From assembly GCA_002633005.1 (NCBI GenBank), contig NMRA01000031.1:719185-783184 (forward strand): a stretch of DNA of 64,000 bases. The letters are read 5' to 3'. Under the pieces are notes generated by a model. That model was not told the DNA's origin. It saw only the letters and a list, made by a program, of their open reading frames with translations, and searched no databases. Source of the DNA: Phoronis australis. Taxonomy: Eukaryota > Animalia > Phoronida. A program made the position numbers and the translations under genes. This document shows positions 50,503-63,422 of this stretch, piece after piece (the first letter of the stretch is position 1; every line of letters begins with the position of its first letter).

Positions 50503-51359
50503 ATTATTTTTTGCTAAAATCAGACTCAAGATGGCGGTGTGGTGGCCATTTTCTAATACTTTTTGCAGAGCCATATCTCCACTACCCCTTGAGGGATGTT
50601 TTTGGAAAATGGTGTTTGGATAAATTTCTGCGCACACACTAATTAGCACATGCAATAAGATTTGCGTTGCAACTTAATGTTCTCGAGTACTCGGGATTTT
50701 CCGACTGTGGTTCGTTTATTGATTGATTTCTCGTGCCCAATCTCCGACGTTTTTGACAGTTCTTTCTTAAATTTGGCTCATCAAGAGCTTCCGAGAATCT
50801 TTTGTTTGTTTTGTCATCGAAATTTATTGATCTGATGATTGTTTGCTTATAAGGTTCATTCCTCGTTGTACTTTTGTTGGTTTATCATGCGCACGCTACA
50901 GTTCCCAATTTTCGTCCGATCGACGTAAAACGTACACAAATGTATTTCGTGGAAAACTCGGTGTCCGATGTTTTGGAACGAAGTCGGATGACGCCGTGAC
51001 TACCATTTTTCGAATGACCATTTGTGGAGCTCTAACTCTGTCGTCCTTTGACGGAATATTCTGGAATTTAGTATGTAAATACATCTCGTCAAAGCTATAT
51101 GAAGTGTGCCATCAGTTTCCCATTACGACTTACTGTTCTTAGGTTATTCGAGATTTCTGATTTGATGAATGCTCTTTGACTGATTTTCCAATGCACTTGA
51201 CTGGGTTTATCTGCTACTGTACAAGACCATGTTTTTGATCATTTTTGTCATCATTACTCGTCATCACATCCTCATTATTGTCAGCAACATTTTTCATTCA
51301 TTTTCGGCAACTTTTACTATACAAGACTGTCTGTTGTGTCTCATCATTCTTTATCACAG

Positions 51360-51500
51360 TCATCTTCATCATCATCATCATCTTCATCATCATCATCTTC
51401 ATCATCATCTTCATCATCATCATCATCATTTTTCATGATCGTCAGCATCACTATCATAATCATCCAGTATCGTCATCACCGTCATCGTCATTTTTCATTT
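51360..51500 (+). repeat. (CAT/CTT)n trinucleotide tract
   Basis: Seen directly; explains the poly-H/poly-I ORFs. Confidence 0.95.
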
Positions 51501-51750
51501 AAATCTCGCTAAGCGTCGCTTTCTAGAACGCTTTCATTTCGTTATTCGTATAATTCTTACGTAATATTTTATATAAATTTCTACATAATAACAACATCAT
51601 AGCTGTTTAATTACCTGTGTTATAATTTTATAAAATATGGTCTATTCTCTCTTATAAAAATATAATACAGAAGTCCAGGCATGTTGGCTATGTATGATTC
51701 GAGGGTAATTGTAGACAAGCACCATGTGTTTTCGCATATATAATGTGTAT

Positions 51751-52192
51751 AGGGTCTTTCATACTATCGTCGACGTGTCGATGGTTTGGGGAGTTGCGGT
51801 CAGTATGCACGCTTAACTCCGGACCTGGATCGAAGTTAACAGCTCCAATTAACATCGCAGTTAACAGATGGATTTAACAGCGCAACGTCGACGCTGTAGT
51901 GCAGTATGAACGGTTAACTACGTTCCAATCGAAGTTATCGCCAGGTGCCACTGTTATCGTCAACAATTGCAGGGTAGTGCCGTCACTAATAGCTGCTTAT
52001 ATTTTGCTCTAATAATAACCAATCGATTTAAAAATAAATTTAATGTCAATTAGCACATGTAAATGTTCCCAAATTGACACATTGAAAAAATCTTAGCGTG
52101 CAGCGCTACCTTGCGATAACTTCGACGACGACAGCGTCACCTACCGTTAACTATCGAAGCTAGACCCGAGTTAAGTCAATATGAAAGGGCCT
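51751..52192. mobile_element. PIF/Harbinger-like MITE with 3-bp TSD
   Basis: TIR agggtctttcata / tatgaaagggcct, flanked by TAT on both sides. Subterminal cttaactccgg..tcgaagttaac / gttaactatcga..ccgagttaag. Confidence 0.7.
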
Positions 52193-53117
52193 TATAAATC
52201 ATGTAATTCAAACCGAACCTTTTAACTTTTACATGAAAATTGTCCATAGCGAAATCCTAATCATGCAATGACTTATTCCTGCTCAAAGTTTCCTTGAATA
52301 TAATTGCACTGGAAGTCACTAATATAACTTGCCTAATGTACCTGTCTGCTCATTAATCAGCATGTCTATCTGACTATGTATTAAAATGTTTTGCGTTTTC
52401 CAGATACATGGGCTTAAATTGAAGTGAAAGAAATCGAGACTGATTGATGGTAAGTTATTTTCATATAAATTATCAAAAACGTTACAACTTTATTAATCGT
52501 AAATCGCGTGTTTTCCCAGAACAGTCAGCAAAGTGAAATAATTCCGCAATAAATCGCAGAATCGGTAAAAGTTCAAACGAGGAATCCATTTTCTGGAGAT
52601 ACGTCAGGAAGAGTTTCACATCAAGGGGAATTTGCACGTGATTTATGACAACACTCGCACTGATGGTAAACCTTAGTTAATTAACGTTGACACTTTTGTG
52701 TCGGACTCTTGTAGTAGTTTTTGTCGTGTCGAACACGCTCTTCTAATTAGAACTTCCAAAGCACTTGCCGATGCCAGGGAGTTGCAAACCGCACGAGGTC
52801 GCTTCAAAATGGCGAAACGACGTAATCAGTTCTCGGAAATTCTTCTATGTATCATTTTCTCAATTCACGCCCTTTTGAAATATTGTGAAATTCAATTATA
52901 CAGGAGTGTTAAAGTTTAGTGTAAAACAGTTTCCACGCTACCTGAAGTGAGTACGAAGAAATCCACAAAGAGCGTTTTCCACTTAATTTAATAACTTTCA
53001 CAAGTGTCAGGTTGCATTGGTTAAGGCGAAATCGGTGTGGTAAGTCATCATTCTGTCATAATTCTGGAATTCATCATCGTTTTCATCAACAATTACCAAT
53101 CCCCCCTGACCCGCATC

Positions 53118-53306
53118 AAACATGCGTGCAACATTAGCGAAGTGACGTAGATGTCGTAATTGTCTTGTTTCAGTGGTCCATTACACCAACTATTCGAAAT
53201 GATCAATTGATGAGTTCAATTGATCATTGTGTTAGCTAAACGAAGTGAAAGGCAGAAACCTGATTGTTTCGCCAACTACGTCACTTCACTCGTGTTGCAT
53301 GCGTGT
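53118..53306. repeat. ~190-bp foldback element with a perfect central 13-5-13 palindrome
   Basis: aatgatcaattga-tgagt-tcaattgatcatt (53198-53228). Outer arms catgcgtgcaaca..gaagtgacgtag / ctacgtcacttc..tgttgcatgcgtg. Confidence 0.8.
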
Positions 53307-54496
53307 ACCAGGAGAACATTAGTCAACGTTAAAATATGTCTGAGGCAATTGGTAATTAGTATTTTAGAGAAATAACTCAAAAAGTTTGACTTGCCAATTA
53401 AAAACGTAAATTTTGCACAATGGACAAGGGTTAACGGAAGGATATTTGAGAAGTGTAATTTGTCAAGTTTTGGATTTATAGGTAGTCCCCGTGGTTTCAA
53501 CCGTAGAAGTTTTCAGACGGAGATACAACAGAACTTTTATCTTAGAAAGTTATTCAGGTGTTCAAAAATGCTCACAATTAAACTGAAACTCGTGTACGTG
53601 TAAATAAACGCATCATACTGATAAGGTAACCGAGTGCTGTTGAGTGCAAGTAAACCCGTCTCTGTCATCTTCCGCCGACTGCACCCGCAGTCAACATGAG
53701 AATTGGTCGGAAGCTGAGGATTTGATGGCTGAACTGTAATTGCCCATTTGGCTTCATATTCGTATTGAGGACACAGAACCGGTATATCAATCCCAGTACG
53801 ATATGCCATTTGCCATTGGTTAATAAACTCATATTTTCGAATTTTAGTGTTAGATTTGTCTTCGTAGCTCGAACTCCGAAAGCTATGCGTTCTTTTTCAT
53901 TTTAGACTTTCTAATCACCATTTCTAGTTGTGTTCTTCTGGGATGAGAAATAATTCAATTTTAACCGTCCCTCTGGATCGGAAGTCGCTCTTTCCTTGTC
54001 ACTAATGTAATGTTGTTTCACAGAGGTGCGCCATTTTTATCCCAGTAGGAACTACAAATAACTCTGCACATTTTTGATTTAGTCGACATACAGAAGACGT
54101 TTTGAATCGTGGTTGAGCAAAATGCGTGTACATATATCAATATCATGCATTTGCTCAGACTAAGATAGGCAGGAGATGACGAGGCCGCCTCGTCCACTAG
54201 TCGGCTCAACTAGAATTGACAAATAACACGTCGTAAAAATCGACATTTCGTGAGTCCGCTCAAAAGTAGTTCAACGATTGGACAATTTACGAGGTAGGGC
54301 AGCAGAAGCAGTCCCCAAAAGCAGAAATGGCTTCTTGCCATTGCCTTTGGCGCCAGGTGTTACTTTCGCCAGAAAATACCCCATCTGGTTACATCTAGAG
54401 ATACCCTGCCTCTATGAAAAATAACGCTCTCTGTTATTGGTTATACTTTAACTTACGGTACGAATCCGGCCAATAAATTACGACTTTTCATAGTCG

Positions 54497-55640
54497 TGCT
54501 CTCTAGAGCAATGAGAGTACGAAAGTGCCTTCCGAGATTGATCCCAACTCAGATTTAGTGGACAGAAATTCAGTTACTGCATACTGCTTCGTATATACAA
54601 AAGCAGAGGCGTAAATTCCGCCGTCAGCCCCTGCCATTGTTTGATTAGTTAAAGATCATTAATTTGTTTTAGCTATTTGACACTGTCTGTAATCGAAATT
54701 CTCCCATTTTATCAGCGGCAGCCACTGGCTTTGTCGCGAATACATCATGCAGTGGGAAATGAATGGAACACTGATGGCGTCCTTGCTCATCAATAGATAT
54801 TTCAAATAGTTTGCCCTTCTTCGTAAGCAAATGTTACATTCCACCACACAACAGCGGAAACTTGTCTGCATTATAATAGCAGGCAAGATGTTAAAACGCT
54901 GTTTATACCAGAAGTTGAAACCTCCAGTCCGCATTACATGAGGGTCTGTAGATGGCGCTGAACGCCTTGGCAACAACTCGCTGGTTCCCTACGTGCCTAG
55001 CCAACACGCATGTATTACGCAGTAGCACACGCTTTAGCATTGGTTGGTGTAACCTCGGCAGTCATTGGTTAGTTTTACAACAACGTGAAAAAATGGCGGA
55101 CTATGAACGATTTTTAGCCTTGTTATGCAAGTGGCGTAGCCGCAACTATTTCGTTTCTGCAGTAATGTTTAATAGCCGCGTGCTTGAAGCACATAAATGT
55201 ACAATAAACACATATCTGGCCGATTTAACCGGTGCGGTGTTGCTCATACTGCATGAATACAGGACAGTATCGTAAATAAAAGTCATCAACAGTAGACAGA
55301 TGCACTCCGAAAAGGCGCAACCTCAATTTCTGGGATTCAGATTTCCTGAACATACATTTTAAGCACCGATTTGTCTGTACAACAGACAACATTTACACTT
55401 TCTCCATTAGTCATGCCAGTTTATTTGTGCAAAGCGCCTCCTGTTGAGAATTTGACCAGCCAATCAGAAACCCCGGGGTAAACAAAATTCCCGCGGAAAA
55501 TTAAGTGATACCTGCGTGCTGGCTACCGACCACCTAGCGGCACGCAGGGAACCAGCGAGGACCAACAAAGATTTGATCGCCGTCTGGCGGGATAGTGAAT
55601 TTCATGGCTAGGCTATTTCAAAAGTCATCTATTGAATTGG
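54497..55640 (+). repeat. Repeat family H copy interrupted by MITE A (54497-54973 + 55563-55640)
   Basis: Colinear with 59064-59590. Starts with hairpin gtgctctc-tagagcaat-gagagtac. Confidence 0.85.
54974..55562 (-). mobile_element. Full-length MITE family A (~590 bp, Academ-like)
   Basis: TIR ctcgctggttccctacgtgcc / ggcacgcagggaaccagcgag. CAA on both sides (54971-54973, 55563-55565). Empty site at ~59515. Confidence 0.9.
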
Positions 55641-55666
55641 TTTCTAAAGCTTAAGTCGTGAGGCAT

Positions 55667-55902
55667 AGAGACTATAGATTTATAACAAAATTATGTACGT
55701 GTACGTGTACATGTACGCGTACTGGGAGGAAATCTCGTTACTACCTGTCGGAGAGATGTAACCAGAGAACTTATGTCATGGGATTTTCGAATGGCGTTAA
55801 AATTGGCATAAAATGGTCTTTCATGACGGAAAACCTGCAGAAACAGGAGAATGTTTATCTACTCGCACATACACTCGTACACTAAATTTTGCCAAAGCCC
55901 CT
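55667..55902. mobile_element. Small TIR element with (GTACGT)n subterminal repeats (Harbinger/ISL2EU-like)
   Basis: caaaattatgtacgtgtacgtgtac / gcacatacactcgtacactaaattttg. AT flanks. Confidence 0.5.
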
Positions 55903-58438
55903 ATTAGCAATACATCTTTAGTTCGTAACCACAGTGACCGATGGCTCATTGTCGCTTTTGCCCCGTGTACGCGTCACGTAAGAGGTGGAGGTCTCGTTAC
56001 CGCTAACAATGTTGTTTACATTTTAAAATGATTTAATCAGCGAATTCCGGGGTCGTTTAAATGACCGAGTCCAATTAAAGCACGGCATTTTCACGAGTCT
56101 TAGTGCCGTGGTTAAAAACATACGTGAGTGAGAAACTATTGATAGAAAAGCATCAGCCCTTGGGTTAGAGTTCGTCATCTTCAGAATAGTGTCGGATTTA
56201 GACTGTCACGGACCTGATACATTTTGGTATCGTGGTATTCACGAGATTTTGTTGTTATTTCATTTTATATCGCATTTCCGAAACTCTAACTTTCCTGCAC
56301 TATTCCCGATATATGACAGCGCGAGTACGATAAGCCCCCAACCATCATGGATCACAACTAGTGTCCTAGTCCTAGGCCTACGAACTTTTCTGGCGAACGC
56401 ATGGCACGCTGTGAAAAAATCTTGAACTTTCATAGGATGTGAGCGGTCAATTGTTAAGCAAAGCCCCAAGAGAAATTTGATGGTGTTAAATCTATGTGTC
56501 GACGTGAAAGACAGTGTCTTTTTCGTCGTGAATGATTATTTTAAAACATGTTGTAAAAGAGTTCGTCAGAGTTACGTCAAAAGCTGAGATTTCTTACACC
56601 TACACGGAGGAAGCGCCTACAAAAAACCTAGCTTCATTTGCGATCCTGGCAAGTTTAGTGGTCGACGAAAATCCCTGGAATCTTAGTCCTTCGTTTCAAC
56701 AAGCTCAATGACTTATTGTGATACTTGTTTGTGTTCTATTCGTCGTGCTATGCCCTCAATTTTGCAATGATTCGTGTTGTTAGATATTATTCAAAATTTA
56801 AGTCAACACAGAAAGGCTTAGCATGAGACCCATTCCACACCAGTTGGGCCGAAAGAAGCAAAGTTATTTGTGACCTTTGCCCGACCCATTTTGAGACTTT
56901 CGCTTACCGAGTAAAAACGCCGGCCTGGATCAATTTTGAAAAAAGTCTTGCATTTTTTCGAAAGTCATACAAAGGCCCGTAAGCAAGGTTTGAAAGGTCA
57001 TGATTTGCCAAAGTAACAAATTCCGCATCATTTTGTTCTTTTCAAGTGAATTTTCTTTTTTGGAAAAATGAGTATCTACAAATACCGTACCAAAACTAGA
57101 TTTTCAAAAAAACGGAACCAATTAGGTTGTTTTGGCCTAATCGTCTTTCAAAAATTAGCACCACCGGTATTTGAACACGAATGGTGGTAATTTGGAGAAT
57201 CATTACTGAGCGCTACTAACGATGTTCTGGCCACCAGATGTCGTTACGTGTTTAGTAACTGTGAACACAGGGATAAGTCCAAAGTCATTATCAATTTGGC
57301 CAATATTTTGAAAAGTAGACATGGAAAGGATTTAACGAAGCGCTGTAGTTAATTTTTATGAAATAATGATGTGAAGGTTTTTAATGTCAGATAAGGCAAT
57401 AAAAAAGTGCAAAGAATATGGTGCCCTTGTGAAAATATAAATTTTCAATATGTCGTGTTTTATCAGTTAATATTTAATTTGAAGAACTGGAAGGTTACGA
57501 CCTGCTAAAATAATTTAGTTTTGGTTAGTCCAGCATATCTGTTTTGATTGATGAATAATGTAGCCGGTGACATATGTTTGATGTCGTCTTCAGGGACGTG
57601 TAATTGTTACCAGAAAATAGACCTCAAATGCCTTCCTATTACAACCGCATACATTTTTAATCCTGCATCTCGAAACGCCGCCTAAAATTAGCAGTCCCCA
57701 ATGGCACCTAGTTTGTGCTATGTTTATCCTATTAGTTTTACTAACGCGTTGCTTATCACTCGCTATTTAGTCTAAGCTAACGTTACCCAAATGAACACAA
57801 CTTTAAGTTTTCCGAACAACTTGCCTTTGTGGTTAGATTGTCAGAATGTATATGGATTAAAAATCGGTGATTCAAAAAAACGTAACAGTGCACTTAGTCG
57901 CGCAATATTCGGTCAGTTTTTATTTCACGCGTCGAAAGTCACTGTTCGTGGATACAAATTCGGGTATAAACAACTTCGGCTATATTGTCGGTTATCATGC
58001 AAAAAGTACAGACGTTTCTAAACCTAGAAACCAAGTTTCTAGAGAACGTTAATTAATTGTTATCTTGGCTATCTATGCCTCGCCAGTAGTTAGGTCAATG
58101 TGACATTTTAGACACAGGCCATTTTGTTCGATTTGAATGTGATCAGTTATTTCTGCCAAGATGAAACGAAAAAGGCTAATTACTCACTGTCAAAGGTTCT
58201 AACAGTCTCACCGTAAAAGCAATTTAGCATAATAACTTCTGAAATTAATTGGTCTTGACACTGACTTATTAAACTGGATTAAAGCTTTTAAATTTATGAT
58301 AGAAGTCTGCTGAAATTCATACGTTTAAATTTTTATCAAAACTCTACAGAGGCAGATTCTTCTACAATCTTACCCGTGTCACAGCGCCACCTTTATAGAA
58401 AAGTGGCTCTGTGAAATGATGACGCAAAATTCCGGATC

Positions 58439-58532
58439 ACTTACAGCGGGGCCCGGGTTTTGAGAACCAGTTTGATGATCGTTAATCATCAGTGGAGAAA
58501 ACTGGTTCTCAAAATTCGAAACCCCTGTAAGT
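58439..58532. repeat. 94-bp near-complete palindrome
   Basis: acttacag..ttttgagaaccagttt / aaactggttctcaaaa..ctgtaagt, with inner tgatgat-cgtta-atcatca. Confidence 0.8.
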
Positions 58533-59063
58533 CATTATTACCTAGCCTCGTTTCGGTCTCCAACGAGTAGTCGGCTTCGTGCAAGTTGAAAATACAGTCA
58601 AGTTCGTGACTGTTGAGCACCTTATTCGGACAGTCACCTGAGTTAAATAGCCGGAGAGGTGTCTTTGCTTTCTCATTTAAAAGGTCTGTAGATAATACAT
58701 AGAACGCCGTTGACTCTCATTTTTTATTGTTTGTGCATAAAGAACTATTCTATATATCATATAGGCAATTATATGGTGGAAGGCTGAGCATTTTTCGGGC
58801 AAAGGCATAAAAATAAGGCTCCCCTTTGATAATGAGTGTTGATACACCCAGCTATTATCGAGACAGGGATACTGAAGGAACGCAGTACAGGACACTTAGT
58901 TGTCCTAGTAACCATTATGGGATTTTATTTTCGTTAACAACATTGAAACTATCAGTGACTCAAAAATACGCTTCAGAGTTCATTGGGTTTGATCAACCCT
59001 AAAATTGCAAAGATGGCTCATGTACGGTTTGCCTGTGACTTGAACAGTTAACTTTCATATTTG

Positions 59064-59590
59064 GTGCTCTCTAGAGTAATGAGAGCACGAAAGTGACTTC
59101 CGATTGATCCTGACTCAGATGTGGTGAACAGAAATTCAATTATCATATAGCGTGGTCAATAAATATAAAAGCAGAGGAATGAATTCCACTGCCATTCTTT
59201 GATTAGTTAAAGTTCACTAATTTATTTTGACACCGGCTGGTATCAAAATTTTCCCACATTACCACTTGGTCAACGACAGCTACTGGATGCATCTTCTAAG
59301 TGGGAAATGTTTGCAACAGTACGTCCTTGTTCATGAATTGATGTTTCAAAAGGTTTGCCATTTTCGTAAGAAATTGGTACATCGCATCGTACAGCAGTGA
59401 AAAATTTTCCGCCATTGTTATAGCAGGAAAGGTGTTAAAACGCTGTTTATACCACTAGGTTGAAACCTCTCGTACGCATTACGTGTGATCTCTAGGTGGC
59501 GCTGAACGCCTGTCCACCAAAGACCTGAACACCGTCTGGCGGGTTAGTGAATTTCAATGTGATGCGGCTATTTCGAAAGTCAGTTATTAT
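59064..59590 (+). repeat. Repeat family H copy, uninterrupted
   Basis: gtgctctctagagtaatgagagcacgaaagtg...gctgaacgcctgtccaccaaagacctgaacaccgtctggcggg aligns with both halves of 54497-55640. Confidence 0.85.
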
Positions 59591-59804
59591 CAGTTCATTT
59601 GGCAGCAATTTTAGCTAGATCAGATGAGCCTAGCAATGTTTTTCAACTCCAAAACGCTTGGGTTAACAAGTTATATTTACAGCTGAACACTCAGCTGCGA
59701 AATGCCCTTTTAGTGTTCCAACCTAGTAAGTTCTGTACATGGCCATTACCCAACTACAACTCCTCGAGTAATCCACTGTATGAATAACCTGGGTCTAAAT
59801 ATTG

Positions 59805-60115
59805 GTGCAATATTCACGTATTATCGTTTTACAACCGAAACCCATATTTTGGGACTGTTGTTGGATGGGATACATTTTTGAAGTTATGAGTTTTGACGAG
59901 AGCTATAAAATGATAAAATTCGTTGGGATTTTCTTTCAAATGGCGAATTCTCGCCGTTGTCGCTGAAAACGAGGCCAGTGACTGTACACTTCGGTACGCT
60001 TAAAATATTCATTTATCGAGTAAGATTGAGCTGACAGTTAGCAGGGGCTAATCTCGGCAAATCACTTTTGTCGCCGATTAAGCGTCACTTTAAGGGAAAT
60101 CTACATATTGTTTTA
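59805..60115 (+). mobile_element. Repeat family K copy
   Basis: attttgggactgttgttggatgggatacatttttgaagtt...agagctataaa matches 3275-3340. Confidence 0.55.
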
Positions 60116-62519
60116 AGGTGCCCTTTGAGCGCAATGCAAAAATCGGTTTAGGTACAAGTCGTCTGGCACACAGGTACGCATGCGCTACCCATAGCCAACT
60201 TGAAACCGTGAACTCGTTTATTCAATTACATATCGTCATATCGGGCATTGTGGAAGTTCAAGTTGTGACAAAGAACGATACTGTTCCTCAGTTCAGATAT
60301 AATAATGTATTTTTGCTTCTCAAAACACAAAGAATCCTGGGATTTTTGATTTAAGACAAAATTTCTGGCTTATACTTAAGCTTTAATTCCTTCCGTGATG
60401 ACACCAACCACGAAAACTGCCTTCGTTGTTTCGATTGGGGCTCTAACTCGTGAATTAAATGGGTATTTCCTTAGTACTCGAGGCTTATGGATGACATTTT
60501 TGAACAAGTTAGCTTAACTTTGACAAACTGGTCTCAATTTTTTTCCTCTGTTGCCAGCAGTTGATTGTTACATAACAATTGTGATTTATATGAAGAAGAT
60601 ACGTTATGGAAGTGTTGATCCATGGTTCACATTCTTGAAACTGCGGTGATTGTGTTAGAGAAACAGTTAACCCAAAGGGGCTCAAAGTTATGTGCCAGTT
60701 TGGTCTAAACGGCCAACTGCAAACCAAACACATAAATCAAACTTTGGGATCTGTGTATATTCATGCTAGCTCAATATGCTTGACACTGACGATTGCACGA
60801 TTACGCTGTTGTTTTCGTCACTGACATCAGTTTGATCGGATACTCTGCATTGCCCTTATGTTTGGACATGAATGAAAAACAAAGGCGTGGTGGCGACTCA
60901 GTTTTTATGCGCCCGTTGGCTGGAATTAAGCTATCTCTGTAAGTCAATGAAAAAAAGATTATGCGCCAATAGCCCGAGGCTCGGTAAACCAATGATTACT
61001 CGAGTACAAAACGATAGATATTTTTCTTGAGTTTATACTAAAATAGAATGGAAATTGTAAAAAATAATTCCGATTTTAAATTCGAAGATGAGACTCAGGC
61101 ATTTGTTGATAATTTGAGTTTTATGAAGTGAATCATAAAAGAAATACCCCTTTAAGTAGTTGTCTATAAAGGATCGTTAGTAACTTTTAAAATGTTAAAT
61201 GTTTCGTGTCGTTCCAATGACCGGCATGCTTGAACATTGTTAAATCTAAATGAAATGAGCAAGGCATCAAATACCGTCTATTAGTGTGCCAGACTGTTTT
61301 ACACTCAAAACCCTGTTGAGTATACTTGAACAACATAGGTAATGTTTGAACGTTTATTGTGAAAATAAAGTCCTCGAACTCACGATATAATCTATCCCCG
61401 AGTGGGCAGCGCTTATCCATTTTAAAGCGTTTGTACATGTTTTCATAAAAAAAACGACCACGTAGAGTCAATGTTCCCAGTGAGGGCTCCGGCATAGTAT
61501 GAGACGTTGATGGGTAGAGTGCGGCAAACGACAACGGTATAATTGATTTACTGTATTTTTCAACTTTGTGTCGTGGCGCGTGCCTGTTAACATAGTTAAC
61601 CTCACGTATGATTTGTGATTTCATATTTAACAAAGTTATGAAAACATGTTCTTGTTGGCTGTTTCAGGAAGATAATCACTTCAGATGAACGTGTCAATAC
61701 TATTTAGTCATAAGCGAGTATTTTAGACGTCCTATGTTAGACATCATTCGGATAATGATTTACTCAGAAACGCTATGTTCTAAATTAACTATCATTGGCA
61801 GGTCACGCGAGAACATTCTCATATTTCCTTTTACGAAGAACTTGAATGTTTGGCTAATGCTATGATTTTAGTTTCGGTTACTGTGAGGATTACTGGCAAC
61901 TACAAACTGCATGGGAATGTGCTCATGACTGTATGAGCGACAGAGTTTTCTGTTTTAAAGCAAAATTAACACTCTGCTCCGTTGTTGTTTGCACTGACGC
62001 CCTCCTTTGGACAGTGAGGAAGTTATCCACCTCCCGCATTTTTGTGATGTGTATCTAGAGACTCGTGTATTTAATGTTAAGTGAGTTCTGAATTCCACTA
62101 ATTAGAGATTTTGTGCAACTCGAAATCACGTTTATATATGATTTTCATTTATTATAGCGATAAATACATTTTACAATTTTTACATCAATGAGAATTGTCA
62201 ATAGAATCCGGAGAAATTTGTACTATTTTTATCGTGTGGACAAACGAAAATAAAACTCATTTATCATCGATAGATTCTGACTTGCATGTATACGTATTCT
62301 TTCTTCAAGTGATGTGTTTACATTTCGCCCGTTTCCACGAGTAACGTGAGTGTCATTGCGCGTAGTAATGCTGGTCATGACAGCGTGGAGTAATAAATGA
62401 ACGCTAAGACAATTTCCAGTAGAATAGCCTTGCTTGAATAAAACATTAGTTCAAGTTTAGACTTTCATTGATCAGCAATAGACTCGCATTAATTATAATT
62501 GGAGCCTTCAAAGAGGTTG

Positions 62520-62615
62520 TTTGTATGCATGCGTTTGTATGCATACGTGCGTGCATGTGCGTCTGTGTGTGTGCATGTGAGTATATGTGTATGTATATAT
62601 ATATATGCACATGCA
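62520..62615 (+). repeat. TG/TA/TGCA low-complexity tract
   Basis: Seen directly. Confidence 0.8.
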
Positions 62616-62888
62616 TAGCCAGAAGTATTCAACTGTATTAAACGTGGGGACAGGCGTGATGGATCGACTGAGCGATGACGTGTAGCTACCGTCGCGGTTG
62701 AGTGGTTTACATAGCAGACCGTGCATACGTCAGTGTATTTATGCATGAACATGTGTGTTTACCTTTAATGTACATATATAGCAGGTCTTGATTCTCCCTC
62801 CCGGTGAATGTCGTGTCAGCAGGCGGGTCAACTATCCAGAATATTTAATTGGTTTCCGATGACGATTTCCAAATAACTAGCCTATCAA

Positions 62889-63041
62889 GGCTGGGTTGCA
62901 TAAATCTTCAAAGTTATGCGCTGGATAAATTTGATTATTGCATGACGTCAGGCAGGTGCAATATTCAACAATAACAACGTGGTGCATGATAATGTGACGT
63001 CATTGGTGCTATACGGCGTATAATTTTTATGCAACTGGGCC
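62889..63041 (+). mobile_element. Harbinger-like MITE family D
   Basis: TIR ggctgggttgcataaa / tttatgcaactgggcc. Flanks caa / cag. Homolog at 34611-34715. Confidence 0.75.
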
Positions 63042-63422
63042 CAGGGAGCCTATCTTATTAACTTGCGTAAGCCGGAGCTGAGTTCCATAGACCGCATAAC
63101 ACTAGCTTGCACTCGCGGCGAAAAGTTTTCAATTTTTGCAACGGAAACAGTGAATTCGGTCCCATAATTCAACATTCCAACCACACCGATCAATCACTTC
63201 AGTGGCCGTCATTTTACTAGGACAGGCTAACACTACTTGTAGCTCCCGAGCGTTCTTGCGAAACTCGTTTTTCATGCGCGTGGTTTGCGAGCTTTTGTTT
63301 TTTGTAAGAAGTAATCATGGTCTACGGAACGCTCTCCAGCAATGCGTTCCGCAGACAATTAAGAACACCACGAAAACACAAGATCAAGTAAGACTGTGCG
63401 AGATATCGCTTTGCATTAAAAG

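Noticed and set aside
61187-61633. 148-aa minus-strand ORF
   Set aside because: TTG start, no recognisable motif and no convincing splice framing.
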